From the NCBI RefSeq assembly GCF_036321535.1, contig NC_087436.1, forward strand, positions 64,978,001-65,042,000: 64,000 bases of DNA. The letters are read 5' to 3'. Position numbers and translations under genes: made by a program. The stretch is from Camelus dromedarius. Taxonomy: Eukaryota. The notes beneath the pieces are model-generated. The model was not told the DNA's origin and ran no database searches. It saw nothing but the letters and a program-made list of their open reading frames with translations. Below, piece by piece: positions 39,666-52,393 of this stretch; the first letter of the stretch is position 1, and the number at the start of each line of letters is the position of its first letter.

Positions 39666-39702
39666 ACTAAAAGCTTCTTTCTCCATAAATGTTTCAGATT
39701 AA
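39666..39702 (+). pseudogene. Candidate exon 7 (LKASFSINVSD*)
   Basis: Acceptor ttttctgattttattacag 112 nt after the previous donor; phase-2 join. Confidence 0.25.
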
Positions 39703-39719
39703 CTAAAGCTATGAGGCAT

Positions 39720-41000
39720 AGTGGACACAAAGAATAAGACATTTCATGTCCCCAAAAATTTCCATGAAGGAGATTAATAAGAATAACAAAAAATATAACG
39801 TTGTATACTGAGTGCTGTAATATTGGTTGTGTTGTGCAAGGAGGAGAACAGAGATAGGTTTTTACATATGGTATTTTTTTATGAGCCCAAGTAATAAAGA
39901 GTAATTATCCAGAGAAAGAAGGATGTCCCAACAGAAAATGTAGAAAAGCAGAGAGCCCTGAGAAACTGACATTCATTTGGGAAAAGGTATATGACCTTTC
40001 ATATTGGGAAGTGACAGGAGAGTTGGATTGACACAGGCATGTTAAGCAATTTTTATTTTACCATGATGATAACAGGGGAGACAATGATGTGTTAAAATAA
40101 GTGTCAAGTTTAGGAATGAATAAAGAATTTGCAGGTAGTAAAGAAAGGAGGGAGAGGTGATATTGGAGGCTGAAGGAAATGTAAATCAAGACATTTCGAT
40201 GGACTGAAATTGAATGGTGGTAACAGAGCAGTGTGGAAAGAGACTGAGAATGTATAGTTGAGAGCTTTTTGACTGAGGGTGAGGGAGAGAGGACTGGAGA
40301 ATAATTCTCAGCTTTTTTATTTCACAAAGAATATTTGAAGAAAAGGAACTGGTTTTGTATATGTGATAAGATTATCTATGCTGAGACTGAGTGGTCTATT
40401 TTTTATCCAAGTAGATAGGTAAGTATAAATGTGGAAACAAATGTTTGGGGCTCAAAAGAAAGAGAACCACCTGTATACAGGTGATCTGAATCCATGGAAG
40501 AGTTAGAGGAAAAGATACTGGTAGAGAACCAGAAAATGATCGAAAGGTAGCAGAAGTGAGAAAAGCATTTTCATGGACATGAAGAGAGGAAGTGTTATTA
40601 ATGGAGAAGACCATGCCTGGTATTACAGTCAAAGAGAAGTCAACCAAGGAAAAGCTTCAGTGGACTCAACCATTTGGAAATAATTGATGATCTTAGGGGA
40701 AACAATGCCAGGATAACGTACCCATATAGATTTCTGAGGATTGAGATGGAAATGTAAGGCAAGGAAGTGAAGATAATGAACTTGGGACTAATATTTATTC
40801 TTGATAAAGAAAGGAGGGCATTAGGGCAACAGTAAGATTGTCTGTTTTCTTAGCGCCTAGGGAGACCCTAGCATTCTGTTTGGCAGGTGTTGGGAGGTAG
40901 CAGGGTGGTGGGGAGAAAGATAATGAATTGAGAAATGGACTTGTTTGATCAAGGGCCTAAGGAGGTGGCATGGATTGAAGAGGGAGAAATTGGAACCAGA
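39720..41000 (-). mobile_element. L2 remnant, decayed
   Basis: Purine-rich L2-like motifs throughout; boundaries approximate. Confidence 0.45.
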
Positions 41001-41988
41001 TAAAGAAGCAAAGATGCTTCATCTTTTAGAAAGGAAGGACACAGAGATATTTTTGGGATTATACTTCACAATTATTTCTGAGTTTCTAAGTGGTAAAATT
41101 AAACTTTTATCGCTTTCAATTTATCAAAGTATTTTGCTTTTCATTTAATATGCAAAGATTTGCACCATTGAGCTAAATAGCAATCTGAATTCTCTTAAAA
41201 AAATCCACAATCAGAAAAAACAGAAACAAATGCGTATTGATTAGAAATATTAAATCAATTATCCTGTCTCAGAATAGAGCTAGAAAATAATTACTGTGGG
41301 GAATTACACTCTGACCTCATAGGGTACAATGTGACTGTCACATCTAGCCCACAGTTCTGTATTTTATGTATGTCAGGCTAATCTCCTTGAGGTTGGTTAT
41401 AACTTTTTGGTTATGATTTATGAAAGACAATAATTTGATCTGTTTTAATAACTCATCTCTAAGTATGAAGTACAAAGTGACACTTCAGCATGAAATAGAA
41501 ATCTTACTTTTGCCGTATATTAAAATCTACATCCAGGAAAAAAGTCGTAATTTGATTTTTGGGATGACTGTTCTTAGAAGCAGCATTGCTTAGTAGATGA
41601 GACAGAAATAATGACACTATTGATAAAGACTGTGTACCTGTCTAGGCTGCTGCTATATTTATTCACTATAACCCTCATAACCAATTGTTAATAGAAAACA
41701 TGGAAATCAATCATAATTATTATATGATTGATTATAAATTGTATTTATACGTATTATAAATTGTCACACCGTTTAAAAAATTATCAAATGAACCAAAGAA
41801 CTTAATCTGTATACCTGGGCTTCTTATTACCTAAAGATGTGTGGTTGGGTTAAGAGAAAGACTTAGAAAGGAAAGCTGCAGGGAAGGGACAGGTGCCAGG
41901 GCTGTGCAGTGTAGACACCGGATGCGGGAGTGAACGGGTTCCACCAACCTGCATCACTCTGAAGATAGAAGTCTAGATAGTGCCTGGG

Positions 41989-42099
41989 TCATTCCTCACG
42001 ACAGGGTTTCTGCATGGTCATATCCACTCGTCTTATTCTAAAATGAGTAACTGGAGGAATAACATGGCTTATTCTCCTCTCTGAAGTATGTCCTGTTTC
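41989..42099 (-). CDS. Possible terminal coding exon of an unidentified gene (ETGHTSERRISHVIPPVTHFRIRRVDMTMQKPCREE*)
   Basis: Minus-strand acceptor ttttgttttacattataag; locally CpG-richer unique sequence; AATAAA on the minus strand at 41663-41658; phase 0, compatible with the 63-kb exon. Confidence 0.2.
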   Translation of the reverse strand, partial: ETGHTSERRISHVIPPVTHFRIRRVDMTMQKPCREE

Positions 42100-42444
42100 C
42101 TTATAATGTAAAACAAAATTCTTTCCCAGAAGAAAAGTTGAAAGTCTTTTGTTGTAAATCAGGGTTAACAGGCTTAAAATGTATATGTGCTCGGGAAAGA
42201 CAGCATTTTTATATAACTTGGTTTTATCAACAATATTAACCACAAGTATTGGTTGGTGTTAAATTTATTTTTGTTTCAAAGCTTAAGGTAAATGAGGCTG
42301 AGGGACAGACATATTGGATTCACGAAATGAGGAATAATTGTATAAAGGAAGAGTTTGGGCTTACAGAAGACAAGAGTCACACTCAATTGTACCTGAGTTC
42401 CTATAGAAATTCAACAGACCACTGAAAAGCACCCTCCTCCTTCT

Positions 42445-42535
42445 TTATTTTTTTTAAATGGAGGTATTGGGGATTGAACCCAGGACCTTGTGCACATTAA
42501 GCACGTGCTCTACCACTGAACTCTTACCCTCTCCC
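42445..42535 (-). mobile_element. tRNA-derived SINE, camelid type
   Basis: 'aaatggaggtattggggattgaacccaggaccttgtgcacattaagcacgtgctctaccactgaactc'. Confidence 0.9.
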
Positions 42536-43162
42536 GCTTCAGAAAGTCAAATTTGAAGGTATTTTTTGCCTTGTAGAAACAGAACAGGTCTATTAGATAT
42601 AACTTTTTTTGGCTTACTTTTAACAAGTCTCACTTCATATAATGACATTTTTATACCAAAGATTTGTCAGTGTACAAAAGAATTTGTCAAAAGAATCTCA
42701 TCCTAAAACCATATTTTGTTTTGCATATCTAATGAAATAAATATAAGTCATAAATACATTAGCCCTTTTGTCCCTCTGTCAGCCTAACAGGCCTTTTTAT
42801 ATTTTCTAAACCTTCACACACTGACTACAATAATAGTTATTTGTAAGTGAAGAACACACTATCCCAAATGACCACAATTTGAAATGCAAATATAATCCCC
42901 TAAGGTATGATAGCACACTTTAGTATTAGAAAGGGTTTTCTCTGAATTCCATTTCCACCTCTTACTAGTTTTTAGACTTTGAGTAACTTAGGGTTTCTAA
43001 GCCTGTTTCCACAGATACTTAGTAGCCACTTCATGCAGTTTTCATGAATATTAATTAAGATGCATACATAGCACATAGTAAATAATTAGTAAATGTTAGT
43101 GAAGAGGAAGAATCCTACCAATAATAGAGCAGTGAGTTGCTTGCCTTTAATAGTAGGATAGG

Positions 43163-43250
43163 AGGGAGGATAATAGCTCAGTGGTAGAGCACATGCTTAG
43201 CATACATGTGATCATGGGCTCAATCCCCAGTACCTCCATTAAAAAAAAAA
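43163..43250 (+). mobile_element. tRNA-derived SINE, camelid type
   Basis: 'atagctcagtggtagagcacatgcttagcatacatgtgatcatgggctcaatccccagtacctccattaaaaaaaaaa'. Confidence 0.9.
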
Positions 43251-44012
43251 TAGAATAGGCAACAACAACTATTAGCGTCATTTGGAAAATGGCCTATTTG
43301 TTGAACTTAAAATAGGTTTGAAAGAATAACTACAAAGTCAGAATTTTTTTTACTGTATACATGCATAACATACATAATTGGCACAAATTTGTTAGTAATA
43401 GAACACCCTCAGTTTTTACTTGTTTCAAGATCTTACTTAACTAAGGTGACATCTTTGCCATAAAACTCTTATTTTCTGCTTGCTATTTTATTTTCTAATA
43501 AATAGTAGTAAATGAGTGGAAAAAGTCCACAGAACTGGGCTTCTGGAAAAGGGTGAGGTTAGTGACAAGGGCCCTTGAGAGTATTGGGTAGACAGTGTCT
43601 GCATCAGGCAGACTGACTAGGTGGGAGCTGAGGGTAAGCATGCCTGACATCCTCTGTGTCTGAGGTTAGCTCTGGACCTTCATTTCTGTCCAGGAAACTG
43701 ATAATGCTAATTTTTAGGTATTAGAAGTGAAAAGACCTCAAGATATTATTGATTACTGCTTTCATAGAATCTACCTACTCAGACACAAAAACCGGACCTA
43801 TACATCTTACAGAAATGAAAACATGTTATTTTGCAATACCTTTAAACCATAAGTTAATTTTTTTATGAGTTAATTTGTTGATAAACACAACTGCAAGAAA
43901 AGCAGTTTTCCTATATAACCAATGTATTTTATAACTAACCATTTATTGTTTAACTACTACATTCTGTGCATTTTTGTATTACGATCCATTAGATCCTTAC
44001 AGCAAATTTCTT

Positions 44013-44447
44013 TTTTTTTTTAAGTTGAAGTACAGTTGACTTACAATATTGGTTTCAGTTGTACAACATAGTAATTTGATATTTTTGTAGAGTATATTCC
44101 ATACAAGTTACTATAAAACATTGACTATATTCCCTGTGCTATACTTGTTACTTATTTATGCTACACCTAGTAGTTGTACCTCTTCATTCCCTTCACCTAT
44201 CTTGCCCTTTCCCCCTCACCCTCTCCCAACTGGTAACCACGAATTTGTTCTCTATACCCGTTAGTCTGTTTCTGTATTGTTATGTTCATTCCTTTGTTTT
44301 ATTTTTTAGATTCCACATATAAGTGAAAAATACAGTATTTGTCTTTTTCTGTCTGACTTATTTCACTAAGCATAATACCCTCCAGGTCAATCAGTGTTGT
44401 TGCAAATGGCAAAATTTTCATTCTTTTTTAAGACTGAGTAATATTCC

Positions 44448-44523
<76 letters not shown>

Positions 44524-44618
44524 AATCTATCTATCACATTTTCTTTATTCATCTATCTGTTGATAGGTTGTTTATATTTCTTGGCTATTGCAAATAGTGC
44601 TGCTATGAACATTGGAAT
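44013..44618 (-). mobile_element. 5'-truncated L1 (L1MA9-like 3' end) inserted into a MIR, with 11-bp TSD
   Basis: TSD gcaaatttctt at 44002-44012 and 44619-44629; poly-T at the left; internal (TG)20 then (TATC)n; MIR-like halves at ~43940-44000 and 44630-44740. Confidence 0.9.
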
Positions 44619-45453
44619 GCAAATTTCTTAGTCTTGTTTTAATGATGAAGAGTCTGAAGCTCAGACAGTTTAACAGTTTTGGCTAAGAGAGCGCAACTGG
44701 TAGATGGCAAAGCAGAGTTACACTGCTGATGAGTTACCATGATTTTATATTCTTTTTTCTGTTCTCAGTGACAGTAGACAACTGGTTGTATAAAGCCAGT
44801 TAATGAATCTTCCTATATGAACTATGCTCCTAGCCATTTTTCCTTCTTATCAGGGAAAATGCTTGCAATGCAAATAAATAAATACATATGCATACCTTTT
44901 AAAAAAAAATGTTTCCATGAACTCCTTCTCAGTGGGACATTCAATTTGAATGTATTTCCTAGTATTGGTAATGCATATTGATAAGCTGCTTCAGTGTTCA
45001 GGATCAAAGTACAACAATTTAACCAGGTTGTTAAGAGTTAGCTCTGGAATTCAACAGACTTTAAATTAAGTATGAGTCATGTCACATCGTTCCCTAGGTA
45101 AATTACTAGGTAAATTTTGCTGTTTCCTAATCTATGTAAATCACACTAAACTCACATGTAAAAGAACTATAATAATACCTTGGTTATTATTAAAGTTTTT
45201 ATTAAAGGAGACACTGCATATAGAGCAAAAGGTAAACATTTAACAAATGTTAATATTAGTATTATTTTTAAACTTGTTTGGAAGCATTGTTGATCTAGTC
45301 AAAGGCCAAGCTACACTTGTTTTTCTCTTATACATCTCATTTTTTAACAACAAAATAAAATATATCACATTTTTCCAAACTCACCATCATTTCTTCCCAG
45401 ACTATCCAAATGCTCAAATCTAGTAGCCAGTGAGTTATAGTATTTGTCTAATT

Positions 45454-45682
45454 CAGGAGTCAGCAAGCTTTCTGTAAAGTTCAGAAGTAAATCTTTTAGA
45501 CTGTTAGCCATTTGGTCAGTTGCAACTACTCAGGTCTGCCATCATAGCATAAAGATAGCCACATATAATACATAAACAAAAAAATACATAAACAAAAAGT
45601 ATGACTGTGCTCCAATAAAACTTTATTTTCAAAAACATGCTGTGGGTATATTTGTCCTGTGGGTCATAATTGGCTACCCCTG
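45454..45682. mobile_element. hAT-Charlie MITE (MER58A-like), complete
   Basis: Termini caggagtcagcaa...ttggctacccctg; flanks gtctaatt / gtataaat (degenerate 8-bp TSD); internal 'ccaataaaactttatt'. Confidence 0.85.
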
Positions 45683-46704
45683 GTATAAATTTTTGATAAA
45701 TAATCACTGATATTTACTGATTCATCATATATACATATAATCACTTGTACTTAAGCACAATTAAACATTTAAAAGTCATACATACATTAATTATTTACCT
45801 AAAGAGGATTTCCTGTTTTATCAATTGACACTGTTGCATTCTTTAGTGTATCTCTCTCTTCTTTAACGTAACTCTGGATTTGGAGTAAAGGAAAGGAAGA
45901 AGCTACAAAAATTATGAAAAATATAATTGTTAGATAGCTTTCAAAACTTTTCACAGGTCTCACAGTAAAAAAATACCTTTAACAGCATGACCCACTATTC
46001 ATTTACACACACACACACCCCACATGTACACATGCACACACATGTATGTGTGTTTCATTCTGATCTGGCCTATGCCATGCCATTTTATTATGTTCTACTT
46101 CAAGCAAACATAACATAAAAGTAGACTCACTAAAATGACTTCATGAACTACTAATGAACTGTAAACCACAGTTTACAGATCGTTGGCATAGGGATCTTGG
46201 AAACTCAAAGGACAAGCCTCTAGTGGATTCCTATCCCAAACATCTTCTCTCATAATGTCTAAATAAAATGAGTTGTCATAAAATTAGAACTTAATTTGGA
46301 TCAAAACCATCACTAAACATCAAATACATGACTTTGCATGAAATATTAAAAAATAACAAAATTTTATAATGAATTTATGCTATCCTCCACTCAGTTCTCA
46401 TTTCCAAGTTCTACTTTAAAAAGGCAATCACTTTGAACTGTTTTTGCTTTGGTTGTTACGTCCATGTCTCTAACTTTATACTGCTATTTCTTAACTTATT
46501 GATTTTGGACATTATCTAATTGCTTCCTGCATGGATATGACTATTATTATCTTCCCTGACTCCTTCTCTATAGCCTTTTATCCAAATTAGTATAAATGAA
46601 AATAGATGTTGGGAGATGGGTTTCTCCCACATTTAGTTTTTTGTTTTATCCTGAGATTTCCAGTTGTCTTTCTTCTTGTACTTCTGTTTCCTTATTTCTT
46701 TCCT

Positions 46705-46706
<2 letters not shown>

Positions 46707-46746
<40 letters not shown>

Positions 46747-46786
46747 TGTGTGTCTGTGTGTGTGTCTGTGTGTCTGTGTGTGTGTG
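46707..46786. repeat. Compound (TG)n/(TCTGTG)n microsatellite
   Basis: Direct observation. Confidence 0.95.
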
Positions 46787-47064
46787 TTAGTCTTGACCAT
46801 ATTATATCAATATTTGAGTTTTTTTTTTTTTTCTGAAGTCCTCCTTCCTAGAGCCTCCATCCTCTGGGTCATCTGCATCTACTTTAGGCAGTTTGCTCTA
46901 TAGTGGATCTTGAGTTCCTTACCATTCTCTCCTGAGCAACAAAGACTGTTTTCTGATCTCATGTCCTCCCTTTCTTTTATACCTCCTTATTTTGCTGTAG
47001 CACAGCGTGGGTAGGAGAGTGATTCCTGCAGATCTGAACATGTTTCCTCCCATCCTTACTGCTT

Positions 47065-48640
47065 TCTTAAAACTTTAAAGACATTTTGGAAACAATTACA
47101 AGCTTGCAGAAAAGTTCCCAGTACAAACAACTTTCTACCTCCCTCTCTATCTCTTCCTTGTCCTCTCTCACTCTCCATTTCCTGCTCTCTTACCTCCCTC
47201 TCTCCTTCCCTCTCCCTCTTTTTCTTCAAATAACTCCTGAAAACCTTCAGAGTAGCCTGCTGACATTTACTACATTACTCCTAAATACTTTATTGTGTAT
47301 TTCCTGCAGACCAGCACATTCTCATACATAGTCTCATACATGATCAAAATCAGGAAATTACTACCATTTAATCCTCAGATCTTAATTTTCCTCACACAAG
47401 TTTCAGCAACTGTCTGAATCATTTTCTTTGTAGCTGAAGTATCTCATCCAGAAGTTCTCATTGCTTTGAGTTGGCATATGTACTCTTTATATTCCTTCAG
47501 CCTGAAGAATTCCTGCTTCTTCATGACTTTCATGGACTTGACCCTTGAAGTTTACAGACCAGGAATATAGGCCAGTTATTTTATAGAATGTACTGTAATT
47601 TGCATTGATCTGATATTCACTCGTGCTTAGGTTCAGTTTTGCATCTTTGGCAAGAAAATCACACACAGGATGCTATGCTCTTAATGCATATGATTGGGCA
47701 GCAGTTTTGATTTATCCTATTAGTGGTGAGGGTAACTGATAACTTGATTGAAGTGGTGTCTGCTAAGCTCCTGTTGTAAGTTTTCCCCCCTTTATAATTG
47801 TTAATTATGGATCTTCCTCACCTTATGATGGGGTTTAAAATAAGTTCAAAATATCATTAAGACAAAAATATGTTTAATACACCTAACTGACCAAACATCA
47901 CAGCTTAGACTAACCTAGCTTAAATGTGCTCACAGCAGTTACGTTAGCCTATAGTTTGGCAAAAACATGTAACATAAAGTCTATTTTATAGTAAAGTGTT
48001 GAACACCTCATGTATTTTACTGAATTCTTTACTGAAAGTGAAAGACAGAATGGTTGTATGGGTCCAGATGGTTGTAAGTGTATGGGTTGTTTATCCCCGT
48101 GGTAGTGTGGCTGACTGGGAGCTGCTGCCCAGCACCATGAGAGAGGATATTACTATGTATCAGTTCCACAGGAGAAGATCAAAATTCAAAATTTGAAGAT
48201 TGGTTATAGCTGAATGTGTTTCACTTTAGTACCATTGTAAAGCTGAAAAATTGTAAGTTGAACCATCTGGACTGTCTGTATTTTATTGAGAAGTATTTTA
48301 ATACTTATTTTATTCAATGAGTTATAATTGATTACTACCATTATTTAACTAAATACTCAATTACTCCATATTTGGCTTGTTGAAGCCTCTTCAATTTGAG
48401 CTTCCATATCTTTTTTGACATGTCTGTCTTCATGATTCCTTGAGCAGTTACTTACTCTGTGGCATAAGATATTTCAGACTCATCTTGTTCTTTCCCTTAC
48501 CTGGCTCTGAAATCAGACATTTCTCCAAGAATCCTAGCTTTATTTTAGTGGAGAATACCACTTATAAGTAAAAATCTGGATGCTAAGTTTGCTCATTGCT
48601 ATTGGGGTGTCACTGCTTGCTGGCCTTCACTGTTTTTAGG
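47065..48640 (-). mobile_element. L1MC/MD-like 3' region, split by a Tigger4
   Basis: 'ttttggaaacaattacaagcttgcagaaaagttccc...atcaaaatcaggaaatta...tcagacatttctccaagaatcctag...gctcattgctattggggtgtca'. Confidence 0.7.
47808..48278 (+). mobile_element. Tigger4 (Zombi/MER46) deletion derivative
   Basis: 'cctcaccttatgatggggtt...tttaatacacctaac...aagatcaaaattcaaaatttgaag...aaaaattgtaagttgaaccat...gactgtctg|ta'. Confidence 0.85.
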
Positions 48641-49257
48641 ATTATGGAACTAAGGAATATATGTGTGTATATGTACATAGATACTGAAACTGAAACTTCT
48701 ACATCAATGTGGCTTACTTGTTTTGATTTATTGATGTCATCTCCTGGTATTTTGGCGTGTCCACCTGCACAAATGCATACATACATTTACATCTATACTA
48801 ATTTCCCTATCTAATTATTTATTATCTCTCTATATCTATATTAATATTTGTACCTGTATCCAAATCCACATGTATATATGTGTGTATGTATGTATATATT
48901 ATTATGATATATCTATATCTATCTATATAAATAAATAAATTATGAGAATTCCTAAGGACTTAGAAGTGTAGGTATTCTAACCAAATTATTTCTGGGGAAG
49001 TGACTCCTATATCAGACTTTTATACACCCATTAAGCACTAGGAAAACTGAAGCACAGATGACCTATTCCTATAGGTCCATCTAGTACCAAGATACCAGAG
49101 GCACTTTGCAAGCAAAGGACATAAGGTATTAACACAGATACTCCTGTTTTTAATTTTTACATTGATTATTAAAGTATTATTAAATGAATGTTTCAAACAA
49201 CATAGTAAAATGTATATACATTGCATAAAATACATAAAAGTATATAACTATACTTTA

Positions 49258-49336
49258 TTTGTTTAACGTGTACTAGTATATTCACTTATGAAATTATGTA
49301 TTCATTTGTTTAATGTGTACTAGTGTATTCATTTAT
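49258..49336. repeat. ~32-bp direct repeat x2 (46-bp period)
   Basis: tttgtttaa(c/t)gtgtactagt(a/g)tattca(c/t)ttat. Confidence 0.85.
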
Positions 49337-51380
49337 TCCTACTTTGCTTGTCTTAGGACAAGTAATGTTTCTATTCCACAAATAAGGAAACTAAGCTATT
49401 GGATGCTGAGTAACTCTTAGCAAGAAAGTGATATAATTAGGAAAATTATCTAGATCAAATGCATTCTTTTTAATCATGGTGTCATTTTCTGTAATACTGG
49501 GCTGAATACTTTATTCTATCATTCTTTTATGGATAGACATTCAAAATTTATCCTGTTTTGTTTTGTTTGTTTAGATTCCAAGAACTATAAATACCCCATC
49601 AAAGTTTAGAAGAATTAAATTTTAATAAGTTTTGTTGATGTATTTATACACCAAATTTTAAAGATTTTCTCATAATCTATGTTATGAATATACAGAAAAT
49701 GATGTCACCTCCCAGTGGTTCAAAACTGACTGCCTTACATTCTTTGCACTTGTAAAGTGCTATGGGGCCTAAAAATAGTAAAATTCAAGAACTCTATTCT
49801 CTAGAAAACTGCAAGTGGAATAAAGATTTAATATTATTTGCAAAGATACATTTAATTTAATTCATATTATGGCTATACAAATAATGAGTAAAAAGGTAGG
49901 ATCAAAGGGAGTTTTGAGAGGGTTACTTAGCCAAGACTTTTTGAAGGAGATAAGTTTTCAGTTGCTTTTAGTAGGAGAGAAAGAGAAAACACAGTTAGAA
50001 ATCAGTAGTTTCCAACTGTTTTTTGTTATCTGCCAACTAAGGCAAAATCCCACCAGGCATTAGAAATACCTTCCTCATGTACATTTTTCTCAACATTTAT
50101 GATAAATTTAATTTTGAAAAGTTATTATTTATTACCATGAAAGTAATTTCCCACAGACTTTTTGAGCAAAGCCTTCATAGATAAATTTAATCTTAGTACA
50201 GTAGCCCTTTCTCCTAGGCTATATTTGGACCTTCCACTCATTTAAAGCATATAATTTTTTATAAAAGATTGCAGTTATGAAATAGCCTCCTGTTATAAGC
50301 AAATCATAATGATGAAAAATATCACCTCTATTTCAGTACCTGTATGAAATTACCAGCAGTATTTCATATAGATGAAAAAGTATACATTAACATTTAAATC
50401 TATTATATATTATGCCCCTTTCTATATTTTTGATTTGGTAGTGTAAATCTTCATAGAAATTTGTTTTTTAAGCTACATATTATAATTAGAGGGAATAAAT
50501 TTTGTAGTATAAATTGAGCCCTTGGGGAAATTTTATTACTGGAAACATCTTTTTCTGGGGGAGAAAAAAGATTACATATTCTCATAAGCACATAGAAAGA
50601 TTCCAAGTTTTCAATTGCTCTGTCTTGTAATAGACAACACTTCTTCAAAAACAAAAAAATAATAATAATGGGTACTTTGGGCCAAGCAAATGTTATATTC
50701 AGAGTGGCTGTGTTTAAATTCAGGCTTTGAGTGTCATCTATAGTTATAACCCGAACAATTCCTGCACTTCTGTTGTCTAAGTGTCCAAATGAAAGTACTT
50801 TTTGGTTCTCTATGATTTTCTTTGTGATAAAGGGGTCAACTTCACCTTTAGATCTAACCTTCTGTGTGGCCATACTTGTTATGTACACTTTGGGAATAGA
50901 TTTGTTTCCTTATAGAATGCTTAGGGTCTGCCATTGAATTAAAGAAAAGGAAAGAAATATTATTTTTCAGTAGAAGCTGTGTTTGTGTGTAGAATAGGAT
51001 AGGAGTTGGCCTTCTATGTGGTTTTTCTCCTTTGAGGCTTTTTTACCTGACTCCTGTTTCTACTTTTTGAAGTAGGCTGTGAAAGTTTAATAAGCAGTTT
51101 GTGGAATCCTTAAGGAATGCAAGCCTTTTCGTGTTCTGCTGTTGAAATATAGAACTGATTCTCACTTGATGTCAGAAGTGCTACCTCTATTAATAAGCTG
51201 ACAACTGTTTCAAAGTACATCTTTTTGGAGAACATTTTTGAATTAGAGAAATCAACTAGAATAGAAATATAAACAAAACAAAAAGTAGAATATTAGCCAT
51301 TTAAAAATTTTTCTCCTTTTGCCTGGTGGCAATACAACACAAGGCAGTGAATTTCTTTTAAACATACCTTTCCCAAACTC

Positions 51381-52393
51381 TTTTTTTTTTTTTTTTTTTT
51401 TTTAGTTTATAGAATTTATTTGTTAGAGCAGTTTTGGGTTTACAGAAAAAAATGAGCTCTAAATACAGGGTTCTTAAATATTTCCTTCTTCTTCCTGCCT
51501 ACCTCTCCCTCAACAATTTCTCTATTATTAACCTCTTGCATTGGTGTGGTACAATTATTATAGTTGATAAACCAATACAAATACATTATAATTAACTAAA
51601 GTCAATAGTTTACATTAGGATTCACTCTTCGTGTTGTACAGTTCAACGGGTTTTGACAAATGCATTATGTCAGTATCATACAGAATAAGTCCACTGTCCT
51701 AAAAATGCCCTGTGCTCCACCAATACATTCTTTCCTCCACAGCTCCTGGCAAATACTGATCTTTTTACTGTCTCTGTAGTACTGCCTTTTTCAATATGTC
51801 ATATAGTTAGAATCATGTAGCATTTAGCTTTTTCAGACTGGCTTCTTTCACTGGGCAATATGCATTTAAGGATCCTTAATATCTTTTCCTGGTTTAATAG
51901 GTCACTTATTTTTATCACAGAATAACATTGCATTGTATGGATTTATCAGAGTTTATTCATTCACCCACTGAAAGTCATCTTGGTTGCATCTGATTTTTGG
52001 CAATTATGAGTAAAATTGTTATAAACATTTGAATGCAGAATTTTATGTGGATGTAAGTTTTCAGCTTATTTGGGTAAATATTTTTAAGTGTGATTACTCA
52101 GTTGTATGGTAAAACTGTGTTTAATTTTGTTGACAAAATCCCTGCCAAACTATTTTCCAAAGTGGCTGTATCATTTTGCATTCCACCAGCAAGGAATGAG
52201 AGTTCCTGTTAGTCTACATCCTTGTCAACACTTGGTGTTGTCAGTGTTTTGGAATTTAGCCATTCTGTAGGTGTGTAGTGCCATCTCGTTATTTTAATCT
52301 GCAATTCCTTAATGACATGGTTTTGAGCATCATTTCATGTGCTTATTTGCCTCTGTATATCGTCTTTTGTGAGGTGATTGTTCAGATTGTTCA
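51381..52393 (-). mobile_element. L1MC1-like 3' end with T23 tail
   Basis: 'agagcagttttgggtttacagaaaaa...cattggtgtggtaca...taactaaagtcaatagtttacattagg...gggttttgacaaatgcat'. Confidence 0.85.

Noticed and set aside
43163..43250. Apparent tRNA gene
   Set aside because: No complete cloverleaf or acceptor stem, has a poly-A tail, and occurs as several diverged copies: a SINE.
46596..46903. Cys/Val-rich ORFs
   Set aside because: Translations of a (TG)n microsatellite.
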